Assembly (NCBI GenBank): GCA_963744145.1
Contig: CAVUSO010000001.1
Coordinates: forward strand, 5,394,500 to 5,426,499
Length of the DNA: 32,000 nt
Source: an uncultured cyanobacterium
Lineage (GTDB): Bacteria > Cyanobacteriota > Cyanobacteriia > Cyanobacteriales > CAWUOF01
Direction: 5' to 3'
Numbering within the stretch: the stretch's first letter is position 1; every line of letters starts with the position of its first letter. Below are positions 23,510 through 29,948 of the stretch, piece by piece. A model generated the notes under the pieces. It did not search any database. It was given only the letters and a program-made list of their open reading frames with translations, and was not told the DNA's origin. The position numbers and the translations under genes are program-made.

Positions 23510-24831
23510 ATATTGAAAAAAATTGGCAGGGAATAAATTTTGAAGATGCCAATCCTAGTATTACGGGTAATCAATTTATCTTTAATAATCAAACACCTTC
23601 AATTCCTGTTTATAATATTCCTTATACTGGTGTTCTTAATTTTGTAGGACGAAAAACGGAACTGCAAACACTGCAAGGGCAATTCCAGAAGTGTGATGGT
23701 GTAGTCATTTCTGCTGTGGCGGGGATGGGTGGTGTGGGCAAAACTGAATTGGCGATTAAATATGCACGCACCCATGAACAAGATTATCCTGGAGGGATTT
23801 GCTGGTTATCTGCTAGAGATGAGGGTTTAGCTAATAATATTTTACAATTTGCGCTGCTTGATCTGAAGTTGGAAGTGCCGCAAAAATTAGGCGAAAAACT
23901 GCTATCTCTTAAAGAACAGGTAAGCTGGTGTTGGCAGCATTGGCAACCATCGGCGGGGGCAGTTTTATTGGTGTTAGATGATGTTACTATTTGGAAAAGT
24001 TGTCGAGATTTTATTCCCAAAATTAATCGCTTTAAGATTTTAATTACTACCCGATTACGACATCTCGATAGCAATTTTCTTCAGTTATCGTTAGATGTAT
24101 TTTCACCGGATGAAGCTTTAGAATTTTTGAGGAATTTGCTTGGGGAAAAGCGAGTAGCACAGGAACTGGAAATTGCTAAAGATTTATGTAAATGGCTGGG
24201 GTATCTGCCTTTGGGGTTGGAATTGGTAGGACGATATTTGGTGGAAGATCCTGATTTGTCTTTAATGAAAATGTGGGAGAGGTTAAGACAAAAACGGTTG
24301 GAAGATGAGGCAGTTAATCCTGGAGATGAAGATTTACAGGATACAGAAATGACAGCAAAGAGAGGAGTAAAAACTGCGTTTGAGTTAAGCTGGCAAGAAT
24401 TGGATGTGATGACACAGCAATTAGGGGAATTGTTGAGTTTGTTTGCGCCAGCTATTATTCCTTGGAAATTATTAGTTGAATCTATAGCTAAATTGCTGAA
24501 TTGGAATGAGGCAGAGGTTGATAAAGGAAAAAAGGAACTTTATAAGCGATTTTTAATTAAGAGGTTAGCAGAAAGAGAGGCTTGTTATGAAATTCACCCT
24601 TTGATTAGGGAGTTTTTGAAAGCAAAGATAGATGAGTCTGAACTAGCACAAGATGTCAAACAGGCTTTTGTAGAAGTGATGGTAACAATGGCCAAGGAAA
24701 TTCCTGATTCAATCACGATAGATTTAATTGAGAAGTTAAAAGTTGTAATTCCTCATCTAGAAGAAGTAGCGGAAAACTTGATTGATATAGTTAGGGATGA
24801 AGATTTATATTGCGTTTTTTTAATGGGTTAG
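23506..24831 (+). CDS. NB-ARC STAND NTPase (bacterial NLR) with N-terminal short motif; frame lost before its TPR region
   Basis: P-loop GMGGVGKT, Walker B LLVLDDV, ILITTR and GYLPLGLELVGRYL are canonical NB-ARC motifs. The N-terminus is MNIEKNWQGINFEDANPSITGNQFIFNN. Confidence 0.9.
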   Translation: MNIEKNWQGINFEDANPSITGNQFIFNNQTPSIPVYNIPYTGVLNFVGRKTELQTLQGQFQKCDGVVISAVAGMGGVGKTELAIKYARTHEQDYPGGICWLSARDEGLANNILQFALLDLKLEVPQKLGEKLLSLKEQVSWCWQHWQPSAGAVLLVLDDVTIWKSCRDFIPKINRFKILITTRLRHLDSNFLQLSLDVFSPDEALEFLRNLLGEKRVAQELEIAKDLCKWLGYLPLGLELVGRYLVEDPDLSLMKMWERLRQKRLEDEAVNPGDEDLQDTEMTAKRGVKTAFELSWQELDVMTQQLGELLSLFAPAIIPWKLLVESIAKLLNWNEAEVDKGKKELYKRFLIKRLAEREACYEIHPLIREFLKAKIDESELAQDVKQAFVEVMVTMAKEIPDSITIDLIEKLKVVIPHLEEVAENLIDIVRDEDLYCVFLMG

Positions 24832-25121
24832 GTAGATTTTATCAAGGTCAAGGATTATATAATTTAGCAGAACCCTGGTTAGAACAGTCTTTAAGCAAAA
24901 TAAAAGCAAAGTTGGGCAACGACCATCCCGATGTGGCTGCCAGTTTGAACAATCTGGCATTACTCTACAACAACCAAGGGAGATACGCAGAAGCGGAACC
25001 GTTATTCCTTGACGCTTTAGTAATATGCGAAAATTGTTTAGGAAAAGATCATCCTGGTACTATTGATATTCGTCAAAATCTAGATATACTTAAAGAATAT
25101 CTCAGCCAGAGTAAATATTAG
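24810..25121 (+). CDS. TPR (TPR_10/12-type) C-terminal segment of the NB-ARC protein, separated by a frameshift in a T7 run
   Basis: GLGRFYQGQGLYNLAEPW...DHPDVAASLNNLALLYNNQGRYAEAEPLF...DHPGT is the TPR type always fused to NB-ARC. Only a TTG start is available. Adding one T to the run at 24815-24821 joins it to 23506-24831. Confidence 0.8.
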   Translation: MRFFNGLGRFYQGQGLYNLAEPWLEQSLSKIKAKLGNDHPDVAASLNNLALLYNNQGRYAEAEPLFLDALVICENCLGKDHPGTIDIRQNLDILKEYLSQSKY

Positions 25122-25220
25122 CGATCGCCTGATCTATCTGAAAATGTTTAAAATCATCTTAATAACTCTGTTTCGCGATCGCATATTCCTTACTCGCTAG
25201 GGAAACTGTCAAACAAGGAT

Positions 25221-25375
25221 TTACAGGCTGAAACCTTCGATATCTTGCTTATTGATTGCCAAAAATTCTGTAAAACCTTTATCCAGCATAGCCTCAACCG
25301 GAAAAATTAATCCCTCTCCTGTAATCAACTCAATCTCAAAAAATAATTCCCCTTTGCTGCCAAACCTCCCCTCAA
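25221..25375 (-). pseudogene. Truncated remnant of a clan AA aspartic protease gene (DTG degenerated to DKG)
   Basis: The minus-strand frame reads IEGRFGSKGELFFEIELITGEGLIFPVEAMLDKGFTEFLAINKQDIEGFSL*. This aligns by eye with residues 6-55 of 11996-12370. There is no canonical start, and it ends where the repeated segment begins. Confidence 0.4.
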
Positions 25376-25693
25376 TTATATTCTACCAGTTGCCCCTGAT
25401 TCATTCAAACAAAACATACAGTGGATAGTGTTTGGGTGTTTTTGCTGTGCCTTTTGGCTGGCTATTTCCTGATCAGAATCAATAAAATAATCCCCACTAT
25501 TGGGTTCAACTGCAATATACCAGCCATAGTGTTTCTCAATTAGTTCAGGAGATACTTGCTCAAAAATTTTTCGACAACGCTGATGAAAAGCTTCTCTCTC
25601 GGCTTTATGTCTAGCTTTTTCTGCGGGTGACCATTGAATTTCTGGAAAAATTCTGCCTCGACGGACAATTCTCTGGGGAGTAGATTGGGTCAT
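25376..25693 (-). CDS. Small partner protein of clan AA protease genes
   Basis: YGWYIAVEPNSGDYFIDSDQEIASQKAQQKHPNTIHCMF parallels IGKIVSINVETGEYEIGEDLVVTSRKLQAKQANAIIWAE in 11555-11995. It sits immediately upstream of the protease remnant. Confidence 0.55.
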   Translation of the reverse strand: MTQSTPQRIVRRGRIFPEIQWSPAEKARHKAEREAFHQRCRKIFEQVSPELIEKHYGWYIAVEPNSGDYFIDSDQEIASQKAQQKHPNTIHCMFCLNESGATGRI

Positions 25694-25767
25694 AATTCGC
25701 TCTAAATACTCATTTTTGTCTATTTGGGATTTCAGCCAAAAGATAGTCAGAAACTAATTCAAATTTG

Positions 25768-25805
25768 TTTGCTGATTACACTATAATTATAGCAGATTTT
25801 TGTGA
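25768..25805 (-). promoter_or_regulatory. Shared promoter/operator-like element with perfect palindrome CTATAATTATAG (copy 1)
   Basis: A 38-nt block identical to 28530-28567, lying 75 nt upstream of the minus-strand gene start at 25693. It contains TATAAT on the minus strand. Confidence 0.35.
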
Positions 25806-26000
25806 TAAAATTTATACCAGCTAAGGCTAATTCGGTAAAAATCTTCTTCATGGTAACTGTAAAGTTGCAAAGTTATTTATCCCAAAAATGCAACAACTAT
25901 GCTATAATAAAATTAGTTGATTAAACAAAACGTCAAACTTATTATTCTGGACTAGCATTAATTACCCCTCAAAAAATCGATCAAGGAGGGTCGATTTGTC

Positions 26001-26321
26001 ATGATAGAAACAGAAAAAATTCTGCAAATTAGTCGGGCTATTGCTAGGGAATTTAAGCCAAACAAAATTATTTTATTTGGTTCATACGCTTATGGGAATC
26101 CTCAAGATGACTCAGATGTTGATTTATTAGTCATTTTGCCGTACAAGGGGAGTAATTTTCAGAAAAGTTGGGAAATTTTAAATAAAATTCAACCGAATTT
26201 TGCTCTAGATTTGTTAGTGCGAACTCCTGGAGATGTGGAGCAACGTCTCGCCTGGAATGATTTTTTTCTGCGGGAAATCATTGAAAAAGGAAAAGTGATT
26301 TATGAATCCGCTAACAGTTGA
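26001..26321 (+). CDS. Nucleotidyltransferase (MNT-type antitoxin of HEPN/MNT modules)
   Basis: LFGSYAYGNPQDDSDVDLLVI is the GSx10-11(D/E)xD minimal nucleotidyltransferase motif. It overlaps the HEPN ORF by 20 nt. Confidence 0.85.
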   Translation: MIETEKILQISRAIAREFKPNKIILFGSYAYGNPQDDSDVDLLVILPYKGSNFQKSWEILNKIQPNFALDLLVRTPGDVEQRLAWNDFFLREIIEKGKVIYESANS

Positions 26322-26484
26322 ATGGGTTGATAAAGCTGAGGGGGATTTTATTACAGCTTTGCGGGAGTTACGAGCCAGGAAATCTCCCAACTATGATGCG
26401 GCATCTTTTCACGCTCAACAGTGTGTTGAGAAATATTTGAAAGCGCATTTGCAAGAATCTGGAATTGCTTTCAGTAAAACATAG
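26302..26484 (+). CDS. HEPN-domain protein, C-terminally truncated (60 aa)
   Basis: FHAQQCVEKYLKAHL is the first HEPN helix pair. The ORF stops at ...AFSKT* before the RX4-6H motif region. An unrelated cassette follows. Confidence 0.7.
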   Translation: MNPLTVEWVDKAEGDFITALRELRARKSPNYDAASFHAQQCVEKYLKAHLQESGIAFSKT

Positions 26485-26547
26485 CTGTATGGCATTCATA
26501 AACCTGGAATAGGCTGTAAACTGTCAAGAAGTAATAGGAAAAATATA

Positions 26548-26832
26548 ATGCAAGCATATAAACTCAAAGGAAAAATAGATCCATCTGGTAATTTAGTGAT
26601 TACCGAAACCGTAAATTTACCCCCTGGAGATGTGGAAGTGATAGTCTGGCAAACTACTGAGATGTTTGATAACACTACAACTTCAGCAAGTGAACTACGA
26701 TCAGAAACACCAAAGAGAAAATCTAGGGTAAAAGCATTTGAGGGTTTATTTGAAAATGCTCCACCCATCCCACCAAACTTTGATCCAGACCTAGCTAAAT
26801 GGGAATATTTAAAAGAGAAACATAAGCTGTGA
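26548..26832 (+). CDS. VapB-like antitoxin
   Basis: MQAYKLKGKIDPSGNLVITETVNLPPGDVEVIVW is an N-terminus common to cyanobacterial PIN-associated antitoxins. The stop overlaps the GTG start of the PIN gene (GTGA). Confidence 0.6.
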   Translation: MQAYKLKGKIDPSGNLVITETVNLPPGDVEVIVWQTTEMFDNTTTSASELRSETPKRKSRVKAFEGLFENAPPIPPNFDPDLAKWEYLKEKHKL

Positions 26833-27248
26833 AAATCTTGCTAGATACTAATATAGTTGTTGATGATGCCCTGGAAAGACAGCCTTTTTGGGATGCAAGC
26901 GAGCAAGTTTTATCCCTGATTGAACAAAGACAAATTGAAAGTTATATTTCAGCTTCAACTTTTAGTGATTTGTATTACATCATCCGTAGAGCAAGAGGTA
27001 AAGATTGGACGTTTACTTATTTAAACCAGTTAGTTACCTTTTGCCGAATTGCTACTGTAAATCAGGCAGTAATTACAATGGCTATCACCGCAAATTTTAG
27101 TGATTTTGAAGATGCCATTCAATACGCCACTGCTGTATTAAATCAATTAGATGTGATTATTACCCGTAATCCTAAAGACTTCTCTGTTGTTCAACCGCGA
27201 ATTCTTACTCCTCAGCAATTAATTGAGGAATTAAAAAATTCTTGTTGA
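26829..27248 (+). CDS. vapC: PIN-domain ribonuclease toxin (VapC-like)
   Basis: ILLDTNIVVDD (first acidic residue), FEDAIQYATA and VIITRNPKDF are PIN signatures. 139 aa. Confidence 0.85.
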   Translation: MKILLDTNIVVDDALERQPFWDASEQVLSLIEQRQIESYISASTFSDLYYIIRRARGKDWTFTYLNQLVTFCRIATVNQAVITMAITANFSDFEDAIQYATAVLNQLDVIITRNPKDFSVVQPRILTPQQLIEELKNSC

Positions 27249-27337
27249 GTGATTTCAACAATGAAAAAATCGAATAATTTTCAAACTTTCAATCCCGCGA
27301 TCGCAACACCCAAGAAAATATATTTATTACTGTTATA

Positions 27338-27669
27338 TCTTGAGGCTTTAGTAATATGCGAAAGGGCGTTGCTGATTTACGGTATGAATAAAGAATTTGT
27401 AGGGGTGTATGGCTTTTGAGCCCAGGGCGCATAGCCATGCGCCCCTACAGAATTTTCATACCCTGATTAAGCAACGCCAGATCATCCTAATACTATTGTT
27501 ATTCGTGAAAATCTAAATATACTTAAAGAATCTCTCAGCCAGAGTAAAGATTAGCGATCGCCTGATCTATCTGAAAATGTTTAAAATCATCTTAATAACT
27601 CTCTTTCGCGATCGCATATTCCCTACTCGCTAGGGAAACTGTCAAATAAGGATTTACAGGCTGAAACCT
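27338..27669 (+). repeat. Second copy of the TPR-gene 3' end plus downstream flank (paralog of 25008-25236), interrupted by a hairpin element
   Basis: cttgaggctttagtaatatgcgaaag ... gatcatcctaatactatt ... agccagagtaaagattagcgatcgcctgatctatctgaaaatgtttaaaatcatcttaataactct... parallels 25008-25236 almost base for base, outside the insertion. Confidence 0.8.
27364..27479. mobile_element. MITE-like ~115-bp imperfect hairpin element inserted in the TPR remnant
   Basis: The ends GGCGTTGCT.../...AGCAACGCC and internal arms GGTATGAA..TGTAGGGG..ATGGC are reverse complements. The element is absent from the paralogous copy at 25030-25050. Confidence 0.5.
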
Positions 27670-27854
27670 ACTTATAATTCGCTCTAAATACTCATTTTTA
27701 TCTATGATTTTAGCTCGGAATTGACAAGCGATCGCGGTGCTGATGACACTAAATGCTACTCTAAATATAGACAGGATATTTAATATTAATAATTCTGGCG
27801 TGATGTTTAAATTACATTTTCGCTCATTAGGTTGATTGGGCAAGGGTGAAAATA

Positions 27855-28202
27855 TTACAAAGGTAAGTATTGAACTTGGTTGATTAAATCTTCAGGGTCA
27901 CTTACTTTCGCAAGTATTTCTAAGTCGCGCACACAATCGCCAACGGTTACATACTGTTGATGCGCGTAGATAACCCCACTAAAATTTATTCCCTCTTGCT
28001 GGTGATGATTTGCCATGACTAAAAAATCATCATCTTGGGTAAAAATAACCCGCTGAAGTTCCGTAGCACGATCAAGTAAAATCGGATCAGGTGTGCCAGT
28101 TCTGCCATCTTCTTGTACGGTGAGAACGTCTATCCCTCGCAATTTTAAACCATTTGTAATAGCTCGGCGGACATGTTCATCGATGTACAGAGCTAGGGTC
28201 AT
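27855..28202 (-). CDS. DUF5615 (Mut7-C/PIN-like) protein, putative toxin
   Basis: LYIDEHVRRAITNGLKLRGIDVLTVQEDG...VIFTQDDDF is typical of DUF5615. The start overlaps the DUF433 stop (ATGA at 28199-28202). Confidence 0.8.
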   Translation of the reverse strand: MTLALYIDEHVRRAITNGLKLRGIDVLTVQEDGRTGTPDPILLDRATELQRVIFTQDDDFLVMANHHQQEGINFSGVIYAHQQYVTVGDCVRDLEILAKVSDPEDLINQVQYLPL

Positions 28203-28516
28203 TTAATTAGCCCTTGGATGCGAAGTTTTTTAACTAAAGCAGATTCACCAGTTTGTTGACGTAACTTTTCAACCTGCTCGAATCGTTGCTGCATATCGGC
28301 ATCTAGTTCTTCTTTGTTATCCCAATAATAAGCTAAGGCAGAATAAATTTGACTCATGCTTAAATAGGGGTGTTGAAATTTAATTTCTTCGGGACTCCAG
28401 CCAAAACTAAGATGACCGGAAACTAATTCAATTACTTTCATCGTTGTTCCGGCGATGTAGGGAACTTTGTTTTCATCCAGTTCTATATATTTGTGTTGAG
28501 TAGCAGTCAAGTTCAT
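28199..28516 (-). CDS. DUF433 domain protein, putative antitoxin
   Basis: From the ATG at 28516: MNLTATQHKYIELDENKVPYIAGTTMKVIELV...SPEEIKFQHPYLSMSQIYSALAYY is the DUF433 signature. The longer track ORF, reaching 28699, runs through the promoter-like repeat. Confidence 0.8.
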   Translation of the reverse strand: MNLTATQHKYIELDENKVPYIAGTTMKVIELVSGHLSFGWSPEEIKFQHPYLSMSQIYSALAYYWDNKEELDADMQQRFEQVEKLRQQTGESALVKKLRIQGLIK

Positions 28517-28529
28517 CAAATTTGCCTTG

Positions 28530-28567
28530 TTGCTGATTACACTATAATTATAGCAGATTTTTGTGAT
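28530..28567 (-). promoter_or_regulatory. Shared promoter/operator-like element with palindrome CTATAATTATAG (copy 2)
   Basis: Identical to 25768-25805 and located 14-51 nt upstream of the DUF433 ATG. Confidence 0.35.
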
Positions 28568-28616
28568 TCGGCTGATAAAGATACGGTGAGCGATTGAATC
28601 CGGTTGATTAATTCTG

Positions 28617-28991
28617 TTAACCTTGCCCGTTGCCTTGGTTTCTCTGTTGAAGTTGTAAATATTCCCAGATGCGTCTAATCTCGGCTCGATCTTCTGCACT
28701 ACGTTCTGCTAATTCCGTATTGCGTTGTGCTAGTTCGCGATCGTGTTGTGCTAATTCGATATTGCGTTGTGCCAATTCCAACATAAATCCGGACAAGTTG
28801 GTAACAGTAGCCGTCAATTGCCGTTGGCTCTCGAAGAGAGAATCTACCTTATCAGTAATAACCGAAAATTCTCCCTGAAGTGCGAGGATTTCATCAAGCA
28901 AGATATTCGTTCTTTTCCCAAATTCGGTCTCGTCCTGACTAACTCGTTCTCTTAACGCTGTTATTTGTTCTTGTAGTGAATTGGTTTCCAT
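28617..28991 (-). CDS. Coiled-coil hypothetical protein
   Basis: 124 aa with heptad-like repeats (ELAQRNIELAQHDRELAQRNTELAERS). No recognisable catalytic motif. Confidence 0.5.
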   Translation of the reverse strand: METNSLQEQITALRERVSQDETEFGKRTNILLDEILALQGEFSVITDKVDSLFESQRQLTATVTNLSGFMLELAQRNIELAQHDRELAQRNTELAERSAEDRAEIRRIWEYLQLQQRNQGNGQG

Positions 28992-29143
28992 CTTGCTTTA
29001 GTTGATTTGGCTCAATCTTATTATAGCTGTCTGTTATATCAGTGGGTTGTCCTAGTTTTCCGGCGATCGCTGCTACCCAGATCGGAAATGTAGCTATTGT
29101 CCTAGGTCCACGCTGCGCGATTACCTACGGTATACTAAGTGAA

Positions 29144-29171
29144 GTAGGGGCGTATTGCAATACGCCCCTAC
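29144..29171. repeat. Perfect 28-bp palindrome GTAGGGGCGTATTGCAATACGCCCCTAC
   Basis: Read directly from the sequence. It lies 16 nt downstream of the minus-strand Uma2 stop. The core TAGGGG...CCCCTA is shared with the hairpin element at 27364-27479. Confidence 0.7.
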
Positions 29172-29186
29172 GGTTTCTGATATCTA

Positions 29187-29747
29187 TTAGTCCTCAAAAA
29201 TCGCATCAACACTAATCACTATGTCCGGAAATGAAAGAGGTGAGATACTTTCACCGCGTCTAAATTGTTGGATACTTTCATAACCATTAGCTCCGGGATT
29301 ACGATAAACCTCAACTAATTCAGCCCGTACATCTACGATCCAAAGTTCAATAATCCCAGCTCTCCCATAGAGAACTGACTTCACATTGCGATCGTTGTCG
29401 ATGGTCGTATCTGCTACTTCGATCAATAAATATACGTCTTGGGGTTGGGGGTGTAACTTTCGGTATGAACGACGTTTCAAGATTGATACATCAGGTTGGG
29501 GTTCTAATCCCCCGTTTAGCCTGACTGGAGTTTGTGACAAGATTGAAATACGTTTACCCAAAGCGTCATAGAATAGTTCATACAAGCAACCAATACAGCC
29601 TGCATGACGACTACCCATCGGTGCCATAAGAATTATATCCCCATCAATTAGTTCAGTCCGTTCATCAGGTCCAATTATCCCAACTTCCCCCAGCTTGTAA
29701 TATTCCTCCACAGTAAATTTCTTTCGCTCTGTTGCTACTACAGACAT
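29187..29747 (-). CDS. Uma2-family (DUF820) endonuclease
   Basis: FTVEEYYKLGEVGII...TELIDGDIILMAPMGSRH...PQPDVSIL...LLIEVADTT...YGRAGIIELWIVD. The ATG at 29747 is preferred to the upstream TTG at 29786. Confidence 0.85.
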   Translation of the reverse strand: MSVVATERKKFTVEEYYKLGEVGIIGPDERTELIDGDIILMAPMGSRHAGCIGCLYELFYDALGKRISILSQTPVRLNGGLEPQPDVSILKRRSYRKLHPQPQDVYLLIEVADTTIDNDRNVKSVLYGRAGIIELWIVDVRAELVEVYRNPGANGYESIQQFRRGESISPLSFPDIVISVDAIFED

Positions 29748-29948
29748 AATCCTTATCCTATTGCTTGAATGGGGTCTATCTAACAATTAGATTTTACTCT
29801 GATGGCTTTCTTCGTAGGCTGATTGTCCCGTAGGCGATCCAGTTCCCAGTCGCATATTTGGGATTGACTCAACTCTTCTCTGTAATGTTCAGATGTTGGT
29901 TAAAACTCACAGGAACCACAGCATCGATCGCATCTTTCGACTTGAGAA

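Noticed and set aside
23056-23592. 178-aa minus-strand ORF, longer than the plus-strand 138-aa ORF it overlaps
   Set aside because: Its composition is dominated by I/F/L/S from reading an AT-rich gene backwards, and I see no recognisable motif. The plus-strand ORF has an ATGA-coupled junction with the NB-ARC gene and shares a specific motif with it, so the plus strand is the coding one.
27592-27843. 83-aa minus-strand ORF
   Set aside because: It runs across the duplicated TPR-tail flank and two junction repeats (27674-27705 and 27701-27771). The paralogous copies are non-coding, so it is most likely spurious.
28517-28699. N-terminal 61-codon extension of the DUF433 ORF (track start 28699)
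   Set aside because: The extension reads through the promoter-like repeat shared with 25768-25805 and overlaps the 3' end of the coiled-coil gene. The DUF433 homology begins at the ATG at 28516.
28669-28955. Plus-strand ORFs opposite the coiled-coil gene
   Set aside because: They are low-complexity antisense readings of a repeat-rich gene. The minus-strand ORF shows a heptad pattern and is longer.
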